Positions 1 through 14,232 are shown, numbered from the stretch's first letter. The stretch: 64,000 nt of DNA from the human T2T-CHM13v2.0 reference genome, Homo sapiens (GCF_009914755.1 NC_060929.1); one strand, 5' to 3'. The notes: a model not told the origin generated them from the sequence alone. A program made the numbers and translations.

Positions 1-2749
1 GGAAAAGGTAAGGGGAGGAGCTGAAGGAGCAACCCCATGTATACTAGTCTCATTTTTAAAATATAAACTCCACAGATCACCACTCTGACCAAGAAACACT
101 ATGATCCTCTTATTTCTAAACAGCAGTAGGAACTGTAGGAGCTCTAAAGCCCAGGACATTTGACCACAGAGGGAAGGAGAAACTTCCAGACCATGGACAC
201 CAGAGGAGTAGGAAGGATTAAGTGGGGGACCAGAGTGAGGGATGTTTATACAATAGAGATGGCTGCAGAAGATGGCACAGAGAGGCACAAAGAGGAGAGG
301 AAAAGAACAGGCCATCCTTCCAAGTACTTGGGCCATCTGTGTGCCTCACTTTTTGCAGTTGACTCATTCCCCTGCCCCCAAATGTGTGTTAAGTTGAAAA
401 TGTGTGAAGTGTGCTTTAAAATACACTAGGAGAGAGCTTGCTACTTAAGGGAACACTAGGGCAAACACATCTGATGGAAACACATCAAGGTCTTTCCCAC
501 TTCAAGACCTTTGGACCCACTCTTCCCATGGCCTCTCCTCACCTGGTTCACTGCAGTCCTCCTGCAGGGCTCAGCTTCAATGCCCTTCCCAGGGAAGCAG
601 TCCCCAGCCAAAAAGGTTAATGGGTTCCTCCTCCCTCTTCCCATGACATATTCTGAGAGCATCGGTGCCTCTGCCTTGTAGTACTTTTCTCAAAGGAACA
701 TAAATGATTATTCCGTGATTGTTTGTCTACCATACTAGACCATAAATGCCAGGAAGGTACAAATGTGTCTATCTTCTTCACCCGACACCTAGCAGAGGCC
801 TGGCACATAGCTGGCATTTGAAGAACATTTGTGTGACAACACATTACCCTACCTGCATTAACTATTTGTTATTGCTGGGTTTCTCCTAAGCCACAACCAA
901 CCTGCTTGGGCTGTAGTGAATGACAGGCCCTCTGACGACCCATAATGATCTGGAACTGAAGAACTGGGTCTTTGGAGAGAAGGATCAAAGGTCTGGCTAA
1001 TCCCTACTAGTATTCTCCTTTGGTTCTAAAGCCAAATCTGGAGCTTGGGGACTGCCTGAGTGCCAAGAAGCAGGTGCTAGCCCCTGCAAGAACTTCCCCA
1101 AGTATAGTGATGCCAACATGATGCAAAATCAAGACCAAATTATGGGCACCAGACATACAGAGCGTGCTGAGAACGCCGCAGTAATACACAGGCCGGTTGG
1201 ATCATTTGTCTCAAAATGGATCCCATCCCCTGGTGCCCATAAAGCCTGCCTGAGACCTCTCTGGCAGGACAAGATGAGGTTTCTACCTCTTGAGGTGAGC
1301 TGGAGGCAACTGGATCAGAGCTTAACATTAAAGTGACACCAAGTAGTGCTTAGTTGCATAACGGGGCTCCCAAGAGCAACCTTCGCATAACTTGGATTTC
1401 AGACACAGTTGCATACAAACCCCCTCCCAGTTACGTCATGATGAGAGTTGCCAGTTTTGGGGGAGGAGGTCCAGCAAGAATATAAAATATGATGGCAAGG
1501 TCTTCTGTGCCAGGAGCTACAACTGGAAAATAACAAAGAATGGGCCATATGGAACCTCACACAGCCTTCCAGACTGGCAAGAAATGGAGTGAAGACAGGC
1601 TCATGATCATGGAACTGACTCCCCCAACATGTTTCTAAGAGACAGAAAGCAGCATCTATAGCTGAGTGCCAACAACTCACACTCACAAGCCAGACAAGAA
1701 GCTCCCTTAAATTAAATGATTATAGATCATTACGAATTAAAATAGATATACCAGCCACTCAAAGATCACAAGTACCTACTCTGTGCCACGTGCTTACTCA
1801 GTCCTCCCCCAGAGCCCCACAATGCAAGTATCACCATTCCAGTTTTACAGAAGAAACTGATGCTCTAGCCAAACACCTAAGCTTAGCTTTGGCAAGACTG
1901 GAACGTGACCTCAGGTTAATAGTGGGCACTTACACCATGACATGACTCAGCCTCAAAGAGCTTTTCACGGAATCAGAGATTGTGCTGGAATTGCGAGGGG
2001 GGTTGCATTTCCCTGCTGGGTTCCCTCTGCCTCTCAACAGCACTGCATTTGTTATTATCCATCATCATTTTCAATTACTAATAGAGTGAGACATACACAT
2101 TCGAAGCTAGTATGACTCACTCTGCCATGACAGCCCTCTGCAGTGAACCCCTCCACTTGCCACAGGTGTGGAAAGTTCTGGCCTGGGACAGTGCACTCAG
2201 CCATTCATTCATTCCAACATTCAATGAGCAGCTTTCTGAGTGGGGCTCTGTGGTAAAGGTCTGAGGACACCAAGCTATATACAATGGTGTATCTTAAAAG
2301 GAATTACAAAGGGGTGAGGTCCTGGCTTAGAGATAGGAGTTAGACTAAAAAACAGTTTTTCGATATGTGTGACCCTGAGAATTTCCACCTCTCAGAGACT
2401 ATAAACACATGTGCCTAGTATGCTTCTAAAAGCTTTCCTTCCTCAGATTCATCCAAGAGGTTTGCTCAGGAGGCAATTCAAGTCAACAAAATGCTTATTG
2501 GCTACCTGCTGTGTGTGAGGCATGACAAGACTTAGGTTCTTCAGGAGGCATCCAACTATTAAATAAGCTAAAATGTAGATATATACAACTATAAATCAAG
2601 GAATACTGCATAACAGTGCTATAGGAATTGTTGATATTAATAAAAAGAATAGCCTCCACTTGCTATCTATGATGCCAGGCATTGTGCTAAGAGCTTCACC
2701 TGCATTAACCAACTTACTCTTCATGCTAAACCCATAAGCTTGGTCAACA

Positions 2750-3295
2750 CAGTGGACATCTGTTGACATCTGCCCATCAGGCATCCATTTCCCCTTGAGA
2801 AATTACCCTTCTACCATCCATCAACAGTGGGATCCAATGAAACCCCTCCACCACTCTAGCCCTAGGCCCCAGCCCTGGGCACATAACCCAGACTTGGACA
2901 CATAACCCAGACTTGGACAATCAGCACACTCTACCAACTTAGCCAAAGTGATTGACGGAGGAATGGGTGCCTAACGCCGGGAAATCTGACAAGTCTCAGT
3001 TCTGGGACTTCTGTTGGCACTATCGAGAACATGAAAACTATGATGATGCAGATTTGCAGTTGCCATGAGCCACTACATGGAACCAAACAACCTGAGCACA
3101 AAACCAACATAGGAGCAGGGAGACAGAATGAGACACACACAAACCCCTAGTCCTATGATGTAACTTGACCCCTGGATCCAGCCTTACATAAAACCACAGC
3201 TTCTTAGAATTTTTTAGTTATACAAGCGAGTATGTTTTCTCTTCCATTTAAGCCAGCTTGGACCACATTTCAGTCACTTGCAATCTAAAGTTTCA
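2750..3295 (+). mobile_element. Ancient ERVL/MaLR-type solo LTR (MLT1K/LTR16-like), boundaries approximate
   Basis: GGCACATAACCCAG...CAATCAG motif and 3' end TTAAGCCAGCTTGG...TCAGTCACTTGCAATC typical of these LTRs. Contains a 19-bp tandem duplication at 2881-2918. Confidence 0.5.
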
Positions 3296-6200
3296 CCAAA
3301 GGAATATTATTATCATTTCTTAACAAATGAGTCAGTGGCCCAGAGATGATAAATAATCTGAGATTGCTTTAAGTTAAATGAACTGTGTAAGTTTTTTATG
3401 GGGGGAGGGCACAATGAGAGTGTGCATGTAGACCAGAAACCTGCGAGAGTGCCAGACTGCTCAGTTGCTTGGACCATGTCTTTTCTCTCCATCCACCAAT
3501 GGAAGGTGGAGACAGGCAAGTAGCCTTGCTGCAGCCCCTTCCCTTCATGGTGAGTTCATTTCTTGTTTACCTCTACACAGTGTAGCCCTTTGGAATTCCA
3601 GCTTTATCCAGAGGTCTATTAAACTCTTCACACTGGGCACTGTCTTACTCCTTGACGGTTCATTAAAATGGTGCATCTTACCATTGGTGGCATCTCACAC
3701 CGAATGAAACATGATGGACAAATACTTATAACCTTAAGTGAATTACATAATCTCTTACAGGAAATTTATTTTGTTTGTAACTATCTCACCTGGAGAGATA
3801 AGACCAAGTATAATCTGGGTCTTATGAATTTTCCAAGGACCACAGGCAGTCACCTCACCACAGGAAAGGTAAAATGAGTCATCCTGAATGTGCTTGTGTT
3901 TAGTTATTGTGTTTGGTTTGAAACACATTATATTGAGTAAATCAATAAGAAATGATGATAGATTATTTAATTACTAACATTATTTTGCCTCCTCAAGTAA
4001 CAAAGTGATTGAGCGAATGATGAGGTCCCACTCCTCTAGGCAAGTATTACGGGTCCATTATCCATTTGGAGCCACTTCTTGGTTTTGAAACTGGCCTCAT
4101 CAGAATATAGGAGAGCACTTATCCTCCCAGTGATACAGTTCTGCTGAAGTATCATGGAGAGGCCTGGGAAGGCCAACTGGGGCAAGGAGCTCTGCCATCT
4201 GAGAAGACTTAGCTTTTCTCTGGCAAGGGCACACTGAAGGTAAGGACAGAGAAGACAAGAAGGCTCTTAGGCCTATCAACTTTTAAACTGTCCCTTTATA
4301 ATGATCCCTGTGAAATAATTATTTCTATCAATGGTCAGCTAGTACAGGGGATTTAAGATAGTGGGTTCATTAAAGAGAGTCAGGATCACAAACTCATTTA
4401 AGTCTCCTTGAACCTGTTTAATCAAAATGATTTTCTGCTACTCTCGATTACGGGCTGAGTTTCCGTGATGACAGATTAATGACTGATCCACTAAGCCATA
4501 CCACCTCTTTTGTCACCAGCCCCACTGACTGGGCCAGCCACTATTTTATCAATAGGCTCCACTTGCCCTTGAAACTCATTATAGCTGATATGTTAGATCA
4601 AATGAGCAGATCAGATGCTCGCTGCCACCCCAGCTCTGCTACAAAGACCACCAAATCCCACAGAGCATGTGCCAGAAGGAAAAAGAACAGAAGTTGGTCC
4701 TTGTGCTCTTATTAGAATTACACACTCAGGTCACTCCACAGTAAGATAAATTCCAGCCAAGGCAGCACTTCTGATTCTTCAGGCCCGCTAAAGGTAATTA
4801 TCCTAAAGTTAAATGTCAGGGTTTCATGTGTGCAAAAGAAAGAAAATGTCATGTTTGGTGTAAGCAACAATATTATTTTAATCAAATCAGAAGCTCATTA
4901 TTAGAAGATAAGCCCTGACATGACCCCCACAATACACTGTGTCCAGCTGACTTCCCATCCCACTCTGTCTTAACCTAAGGCTGTTCACGGGTTGCCCTCA
5001 TTCATAAAGCAGGAAAAACTTGCAATGTGCTATCAGTGGAGGCTTGCACCCCAAATCCACTCAGCCCCTGATTGGCTGTGGTACAGAGGGAGCCTAGAGT
5101 CAGATGGCATAGTTCCAGCCCCAGCTCCTCCACATCTCAGCTCTAATTTTGATCAAAAGACTTAACCTCCCAGGGTTAAGTACTTCTCTCATAGGATTGT
5201 TATGAATATTAAGTGAGATAATACATGGAAAGTACCTTAAACAGTGTCTGGCACACTCGATGCTCCATAAATGTTAGCTATTACCTATTTCTGCAATGTT
5301 TTAATCTTTTAGTTACAACCAGACTGTATTATGTTTCTAGAAAAAATATTTTTTAAAAGAAAACAGAATAAGTAGTCTATGACAGCATAAGTTAAAGAAT
5401 TTCCTCTAGCAGACAAGAGGTTACATGAAAGAAGAGATTACATGTATTTATCTTGTTCACTCTTATAACCCAATGCCTAGTCAATGGTAGATAAATATTT
5501 GTTGGAATGAATGAAGGTACAAATGAACAGAGGAAAATTTCCTTATGGTAATGGTTATGGAAAGCCAAAGCCAAATCAGATGCAGAAAAATTAGGAGAAT
5601 GGTTGTGGCATCTTGATCCCTCAACCTCAAGCCATGGAGGAGTTAAATGCATGTCAGCTAAAGATGGAAAATTATTGAACAACTTAATACAAAGATCTGC
5701 TTCTTCATCGCCTCCTTAACATTGTGTACAAAAGTCCAGGCCTCCATCTGGCCAAAACTTCCCAATTGCTAGTGTTTATAAAAGAAGAATGACAAAACTA
5801 ACAGACCACAAATACATTTAGGAGCAATCATCTGAGCATTGTTCTATTTGTCCTGGATCTGTAACTCCAGGGAATAAGCCATGGAGTTGTTCTAAAGGCT
5901 TTACTTCTAAAAAGAAGGGGATAGGAAGTATTTATACATCTAGAGCAATAGGACACTTTTCAAAATGATAAGTAGAGGTTGCCAGGTCACCTCTGGCAAT
6001 GTCACAGCACACCCAGTAGTCAAGGGATATGGAACACGCACCCCACTGTCATATTCATTTCAAAGTTGACCCTGTAACAACACCCAAGGGCTACAATCAA
6101 CTCTCTAAGAGCAGCCCTTAGTTTTCAGTTTCCAAGTTTCAAAAATCACATCTGAATCTCTCCCCCAAGTCCAACAAAGAGACAAGTCAGGAGGAAGGCA

Positions 6201-6670
6201 AGAAGTTTTCTTTCACAATGAGTTCCAAAAATTGACATGCATCATAACAATAATTGTGGGACACAGCCTTTCAAAGTTATCAGTAGCTTCAACAAAACAA
6301 AGAAACAGCAAAGAAGCTGAGGCTTTGTCAACCTCAAGCAAGGCTTGGCTCAATGAAAATGATTAGGCTGGCTGAGCAACTGCAAGATTAGCTGAGGCTT
6401 TATCGATTGTCCACTGAATAGTAGGTTTCTGTAGAAAGCAAATTCTTACCCTCTGTTCCCAGGCTCAGGCTTTGTGATTATTCCAGGGACTTGCCCTAAA
6501 AGAGTGTCTGGTCTGAGTTCCACAACACTTTAAAGAGGTTAATGACATTAAATTATGTCTGAGCCACTGTTAGTGTCAGGTGACTCCATACAGCACATAA
6601 AATGGGTGATGAATGAAGAAGTTTGGGATTTTTTTGAACATTTTTAGATGTTTTAATGGCATGCTGGATT

Positions 6671-6818
6671 AAATTATCATTTTTTAAATATATGCTGCTA
6701 AAAATATTAGTTTAATGTCTAAAACCGCTCCAAAAACAAAAACAAAAAAAAATAGTGTATTGGGACATAAAAGCTTTTCTTTTTGTTATGTCTTGGACAT
6801 TTTTATACTATCTAAAGG
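6671..6818 (+). repeat. Copy 1 of a ~150-bp diverged local direct repeat
   Basis: Aligns to 7965-8116, with an exact 24-mer ATGCTGCTAAAAATATTAGTTTAA at 6692-6715 and 7988-8011. Confidence 0.85.
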
Positions 6819-6819
6819 C

Positions 6820-6990
6820 AGTATTTCCTAAACATTAGAATAACCTAGTATGTTTGCTTAAAATATGGATTCCCTGCACTCACCCCAGAAATGTAAAGTC
6901 AGATTCTCCAGGGTAGGACCATGGATGCTATAATTTAACAAGCACTTCAGGTGAGCTTCATCCTCAGTCAGGTTTGGAAACACACTGTTC
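6820..6990. mobile_element. MER5-like hAT DNA transposon remnant
   Basis: CAGTATTTCCTAAAC ... TTTAACAAGCAC...CAGGTGA ... GTTTGGAAACACACTG, with degenerate terminal inverted repeats. Confidence 0.6.
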
Positions 6991-7964
6991 CAAAGATCTA
7001 AAAATGTCACCACCATCCATAATAAAGATGGGAAATGAACAGAAGCCCAATTTTAAAAAATTTAAAGCTAAGCAGGAATTCAGAATATCATGCTTATGAT
7101 ACACTGAGACTAGAAAATCTTGAACAGGCATGAAAGCACAGTAAACCTTTCCATAACCCAAAGATCCAAAAAAGCACAAGTGTTTTCAACTCAATCCAGC
7201 TGCCAGGAGCACCAAGGCATCTATCTCCAGAGGTGGCCCTTCACTTCTAATCCTGGCTCAATTCTTCCACCTCTAGCAAAGTCAAGCAACTGCCCTGCTC
7301 TTCAACTCTATCTAAAAGATAGCCATAGAAAAGTAAAAACAAAACAAAACAAAAAGCAAAATTATCTCTGCCCCAGGTGAATCCTTCATGGTTTGGGCAC
7401 ATTTTTCAGCCATAGGGAAAGGTAATCAATGAAGGATTCTCAGATCTAAGCAGTTAACAGAGCAGGTCAGGAATGGGGCAATGAATGGCAGGAATCTCAC
7501 TGGGGTAGGGGAGGAAAGTGAGGGGCATATCTACTGCAAAAGACCCTAGTAGTTATTATGTATCAATTAAAAATTTTAATGAAATTACAATTTCGATAAA
7601 AGGCCCCAAATAGCTGTGGCTATTCATTGAAAGTGTTTGAAATCCCCTTTCCAAGAGAAGCAGTCCAACATCAACTAGAAAAAAGAAGAGGAGGAACAGA
7701 GAGGAGAGTGATAAACCCCCACACAAAGCTATGAGTGCATCTCCTCTGGACAGGGATCTGGAGAGGGTGCTCTTTAAAAAGTGTATGGAAACATCTGGGA
7801 TTCATTCAATGTCTCAAATTCCCTCTCCCTGCAAGGCCTGCAGATACTGAGAGCAGAGCTTAGAGGAGTCCAGTGGAGGAAGCTGATCCCCATACATATC
7901 CCACCTCAAAGAGTCTGTAAACCATGCCCGGGGACATTAACAAAGGGGGTCTGTGGTATAGGTC

Positions 7965-8116
7965 AAATTATCATATTTAAAAAATACATGCTGCTAAAAA
8001 TATTAGTTTAACACCTAAAACTGATCAGAAACAAACAAAAAGAAACAGTGCCTTTGAACATTAAAGCTTTTCTCTTTTTTACTGTTATGCCTTGGGCACT
8101 TTTACAATATTTAAGG
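7965..8116 (+). repeat. Copy 2 of the ~150-bp diverged local direct repeat
   Basis: Aligns to 6671-6818. Confidence 0.85.
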
Positions 8117-8968
8117 CTTCTCAGAAACAGGAATTCCTAATGTTAAGTACCATAAAACATGGTACTCCCAAGTCCCCTAGAAGGGCATGGCCCTGGCCAG
8201 CTGGGGCAGTCCTTGAAGAAGCTGGCAGACGCTCCCACAGAACAGAGGAGATGCCATCTGCTGGAAAGACTGCACCAGATGCCTCTTGCCCCACATCCCT
8301 GGGGCACACCTGGGGAGTGGCAGCCAGCCTTGAGGCAGAAACAGGCCGCAAGTGTGTTTCTGCGTGTCCGGGAGTAACTTTCTCCACTCCCAGGGCTCCC
8401 ACGGAGGAGCAATGCTCTGCCACCCAGGGTCCCTTTCAGGGCAGGGGACCAACTGCACGGGCTAGTTGTTCCTGTTTCAAGATTCCGAGGGTCAAACCAC
8501 CCCACCTCCCCTGTATTTTATCAGGCCCATTGCCATGACCGCCTCCCTCAACACACACACACACACACATGCAACACCTGACTCCCATAAATAGCTCCCC
8601 CATAAATAGCTTGGACCACTCCCAGACCCAACCTCTCCAGTAGGGATTCTCCTGACACACCCCAGAGATGGTCCACGCCACCGCTGCCCCGGGGAGGTTT
8701 TCTCCGGAGCTAGGGAAAGTCTACCATCACGGTTAGGAGAAGTCGGAAGCTCAGAGAACCTCTTTCTCCACAGCTACTGGTGATCTGTGCTGTATTTTAG
8801 TGCAGTCACCTCCCGCAGCCCTACGAATACACACACCTGGGCCACAGGTAACAGGCAAGCGCATGGAGCCTTCGAAGTTCTCTTTAAAGTTCCTTTCAGG
8901 CAAGACCGCACCCAGGAAGCTGGGACCGACCAGCCCCCGCGGGAGATGCCCACCTGTCCCCCTCCCAA

Positions 8969-8970
<2 letters not shown>

Positions 8971-9003
<33 letters not shown>
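8971..9003. repeat. (CA)n microsatellite ~70 bp into the intron
   Basis: About 16 perfect AC units. A shorter (CA)n lies at ~8550-8569. Confidence 0.95.
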
Positions 9004-9006
<3 letters not shown>

Positions 9007-9075
9007 CAACCCCGCTTCAGGGGTCCCCTCCGAGAGGCTCCGCGCCCCCCAGGGCCGGGTGGCGCCGGTACTCAC

Positions 9076-9261
9076 GTCTCGAAAGCGGTTCCAGTACTTG
9101 TCCCGGTCGTACTGGGAGACGGTGCTCAGCCACTGGTCATTGTCTAGGAAATTGCCGTGGTTGGGGCCCGCGCCTCCGGCGAGCGCGTCCAGGTGCCGGC
9201 TCTCGACTTGGAGGAAGCACCACGCCGCGGCGGCCGCCGCCAACACCGCGATCGCCGGCAT
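9076..9261 (-). CDS. SPOCK1: SPOCK1 (testican-1) first coding exon: signal peptide and N-terminus, 62 codons, ends in phase 0
   Basis: Translates as MPAIAVLAAAAAAWCFLQVESRHLDALAGGAGPNHGNFLDNDQWLSTVSQYDRDKYWNRFRD, recognised as the testican-1 N-terminus. Acceptor ...CCGCAG directly precedes ATG (9261-9259). Donor GTGAGT at 9075-9070. Confidence 0.97.
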
Positions 9262-9876
9262 CTGCGGGGCAGGGCGCGCAGGGCGATGAGCGAAGAGGGC
9301 GGGCGGCCGCGAGCCCCGGGCACCCAGGCGTCCCAGCGCCCCAGCCCGGAGGCGGGGACCCCGCGGCGGGCACGGGCAGCGCTCGCGCACCTGGGGCGCC
9401 TGTCGCGCCTCTAGACCCAGGGACCCCTCTCACGAATGGGGGACTCATCTACGAACGAGGAGGCTGCGTCACGAATCCGAGGCTGCCGTCCAACTACAGG
9501 GGACCCGTCTCGTCTATTCTCCGAGTGCCCCACAGATGCCGCCCTCCTATCAGGGGCTTGGTACCCCTCCCCAGAAGCGGGGAGCCCGGGTCCGCACGCC
9601 GCACTCCCACAGACGGTGCACACGGCTTTGGGGCAGGAGAGGGGAGAACAGGGCTCCAACAGCACCCGAGCTCCGGCAAGCGGGGTGGGGGCTGCCAGCA
9701 GCTGGGGGTCCCCGGCGACAGCTAAGGGAAAGGTCTCCCTTGAGCGCCCTGAGGTCTCGGGGGTAAGAAAGGCGCGCGGAGGTAACCCCAGGCCCTGACC
9801 CTGCCAGCCCCCTAGGCGGCCGCGGGGAGGTCCCAACTACTCCAAGTTGGGGCGCGGGGTTCCTCTGGGCACGTAC

Positions 9877-10040
9877 CTTGGGGGCCGGCCCGGGTCCCCT
9901 AGTCCGAGTTGCTCGAGCTCCCGCGGCACGGTCGCCGGGAAGGCTGATCGCCGGCTCGCGCCCCTGCGCTCCTGCCACACGCCGCCGCCGAGCGTCTGGC
10001 CGCTTTGTGAGCCCGCAGCGATGTGCTCTGCTCGCTCGCT
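9877..10040 (-). other. SPOCK1: SPOCK1 non-coding exon 1 (5' UTR); upper boundary/TSS approximate
   Basis: Donor CAAG|GTACGT (GT at 9876-9875) inside the CpG island. No ATG in the segment. The coding exon starts at an acceptor, so an upstream exon is required. Confidence 0.75.
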
Positions 10041-10169
10041 GGCTCGGGCGCGGCGTCCGCGGGCGGAGGAGGCCGAGCGCGCGAGCCAAGGCTCTGGCGC
10101 CCCCTGGTGGCCGCGCGCTGCCTGCCCGACAGCCCGGCCGCCCCAGCCCGGAACGTGGTCATTCACATC

Positions 10170-11301
<1,132 letters not shown>

Positions 11302-11409
11302 TCACATCTTAATGCAGGGCTAAAATCAGCTTTCAGGCCCAGGCTGGTGCGAGACAGAAGAGGGGACTGAGGATATGAGGCCAAGACGCAGGCCAGCATG
11401 GAGGCATTC

Positions 11410-11600
11410 TCAAAAGGAAGGCCGTCGGGTTATCTAGATCAAAATCACCTGGGTGGAGAGAGAAGCGAACTTCCTAAAAATGATTCCTGCCCCACCGCCC
11501 CACTTGCTGAGTCAGCATTCCTTAGGAAAGCTTCCAAGTCTGCACTTTTAATGAGCTCCCGAGGCGTTTTTTATGCATGGCAAAGTTTGATAACCACCGT
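11410..11600. mobile_element. MER5-like DNA transposon remnant
   Basis: ATCAAAATCACCTGG...GATTCCTGCCCCAC...CTGAGTCAGCATT...CTGCACTTTTAATGAGCTCCC...AAAGTTTGATAACCAC. Confidence 0.55.
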
Positions 11601-13699
11601 CCTGCCATTCCCTGGATAAGTGAATATCTGCACTGCCCATCCCAAGTCATGCACCCACCTGCATCTCTGCACTCCCATGCCCTATGCCATGCTTACCACT
11701 GTCCTGCCCCTTGAGAACCGGCCCCAGCACTAACCTGTTGAGTTCCCCTAGATGGGAGGGAGGGGAGAGAGGAAAAACAGATCAGGCTACAGGGACAGAA
11801 CACTGAGAAGCAGAAGTCTGGTCCTGCCCCATCCCCCACCCCGTTTCCAAATACCAGCAATGTTTGGTGAAATAGGGCTGGAAGGGACTTAATGTCTTCC
11901 CCTGCCTGTATACAAGTGATACTGGCCTGTCACCTTTCTCTGTACAACTACACCCCATTCCCCAGACACCTGAGCGCTCTTTCAGAACAAGTCTGACCAT
12001 CCCATCACCCCTCTCCCCTCAACACAAAATTCTTCACAATGCTTTCCTGATAAAGACCAATCTCCTGGCTGGAGCCCCCAGGCCCCGCACATCTGGACCC
12101 CGCCTCTCACCCCACTCTCTCCTCCTCTGACCTTCTGGACGGGCTGGCCCTGACCCCAGTGGAAATGGGCTCCCTCCACTCCTGGGTATTCACTTCTGCC
12201 TGGGCTGCTGTCCATACCCAGTCCCAGCACAAGTCTCATTAATTCTGCTCTCTGCTTATTCATCCTCACTTCTTCAGAGACTCTTGCTACACCTGTGGAC
12301 CAGGCCAGCACCTGCAGTGATGCTGTCTTTGAGAACACAGTGCTTCTCTGGCTGTAAGCTCAACTGATATCACTTACTCTATGTCTGCCTCCCCACCTGG
12401 CTAGAGCTCCTGAGGGCAGAGGCTATCTTTGTCTTGTTCACCACTTCTCCCAGTGCCCAGAGTTGACACATTGTTAGTGCTCAAAAAAATTTGATAAATG
12501 AATGAATGATTTAATGAATGAATGCCACCCAACCATGTCTGGAACAACAACACATCTCAGCCAGCATGCCAACAATAATGTATGGTGTGATCAATAATAA
12601 GTTGCGCTACAAATAATTTGGTTACATATAATAGTTGAATGTGTGGAAGTCAGCAGATCTGTGGTTTTCCCAACATTACTCTGCCTGATTTGCATTCCTA
12701 GAAACTTTCTCAAAAGGGAGAAAAAGGAATGGAGTCACAGCTACTATGTTGGGGACTGCACATCATCCACGGTTTATTTTATCATGGAATGCTGTGGGTG
12801 GGTGCATCAGAGTGGGAGAGAGGTTTAGAAATGATGAAGAGACTGTTTCTTATGTTCATAGAAACCCAAGTAAGCAGCACTTCCCCATTTATCTGCCCAG
12901 TGTGACAGCAAGATCTCTCCAAGGAGTTGTCCCTAAATGTCACTTTTGCCTCCTCACCTCCAACTCATTCTTCAACCCACTCCAATCTGCCTTTCATCCT
13001 CACTAACTGAAATGACTTGTCACCATCAGCAGCCTCCTCCAAGTCACCAGATCCAGTGGGTACCCTCGATCCTCCCCAGTGTGGCCTCTGAGCAGTTTCT
13101 TTTGGCTCCCGTGGCTCCAACCCTCCTGGCTTTCCTGCTCCCCCCATCATTCCTGCTGACATTCCAGTGCTTCTTAGGGCTCAGACCTATCCCTCTTCTC
13201 TCCCCCAAAACCCTTTCCCCAGGTGCCCAAGTCCAGTCCTATGCTGAGATCCTCCAGGTACATTTCCAGCCCAGAAATTCCAATGACTTCTGACTGTACC
13301 TCCAGCTTCATACTTTACATCTCCTCAATGCCCCACGGGCACGTCAGATCTGTGACCAGGCCAAAACAGAAGTCTGGATGTCCTCCATGCCTCTGTGTTC
13401 TCCTTTCATCCCTGTTAGAGTGAATGTATCCGCATCCACATGGCTGCTTAAGTCAGAACCCCACAAGTCATCTCCAGTTCATCCATCTCCTCGCCCCTCA
13501 CCTCCCATCCATCAGCAAAGGGGGTCCATCCCACTTTCGAACACCCCCTGGAGCCACCCACTTCACCCCACTTCCACAGATACTCCTGAGTCCACAAGAC
13601 CATCACTTCTCACGTGAAGAACGACGGTGCTTCTTGGCTGGTTTCCTTCTTTCCTTTCCCTTGCAACCCATTATCCACTCAGGTGAGAGCAATCTTTTT

Positions 13700-14232
13700 T
13701 TAAGAGAGCCTTCTCTTTTTAAAATTTTTGTGGGTACATAGTGGGTGTTTGTATTTAGGGGGTACATGAGATGTTTGATACAGGCATGCAATGCATAATG
13801 ATCACATCACGTAGAATTGGATATCCATCCCCTCAAGTGTTTATCCTTTGTGTTACAAACCATCCAATTACATTCTTTTAGTTATTTTTAAATGTACAAT
13901 TAACTTATTGACTATAGTCACCCTGTTGTGCTATCAAATACTATGTCTTATTCATTCTTTCTGTTTTTTTTGGACCCATTAACCATCCCCACCCTCCCTG
14001 CAACCCTCCACTACCCTTCCTGGCCTCTGGTAACCATCCTTCTACTCTCTATGTCCATAAGTTCAATTATTTTGATTTTTAGATCCCACAAATAAATAAG
14101 AACATGTGACATTCGTCTTTCCATACCTGGCTTATTTCACTTGACATAATGATATCCAGTTCCATCCATGTTGTTGCAAATGACAGGATCTCATTCTTTT
14201 TATGGCTGAATAGTACTCCATTGTATATATGT
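13700..14232 (-). mobile_element. L1MA-type 3' end fragment inserted in L2-like sequence
   Basis: L1MA 3' UTR motifs (TTTGTGGGTACATAG...GGGGTACATGAGATG). TSD AGCAATCTTTTT at 13688-13699 and 14233-14244. Confidence 0.8.

Larger units (their letters stand above)
1..9075 (-). other. SPOCK1: SPOCK1 intron downstream of the first coding exon (continues beyond the window start)
   Basis: Follows the GTGAGT donor. No further testican coding sequence seen in any frame. Confidence 0.85.
8900..10160. promoter_or_regulatory. CpG island / GC-rich promoter of SPOCK1
   Basis: Very high GC and CpG density spanning exons 1-2, with GGGCGG boxes (e.g. ~10061-10066, ~9297-9306) and no evident TATA box. Confidence 0.9.

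Noticed and set aside
5979-5999. Inverted repeat TTGCCAG-N7-CTGGCAA (RFX/NFI-like)
   Set aside because: A 7-bp stem is expected by chance in 64 kb, and the spacing and orientation do not fit the NFI consensus.
8896-9390. 164-aa ORF containing the SPOCK1 peptide
   Set aside because: Only 9076-9261 is exonic. The flanking residues are read-through of intron sequence beyond clear splice sites.
8787-9725. 312-aa plus-strand ORF and many overlapping ORFs across the CpG island
   Set aside because: Stop-poor GC-rich sequence with non-ATG starts, translated microsatellite (HTHT) and no recognisable domain.
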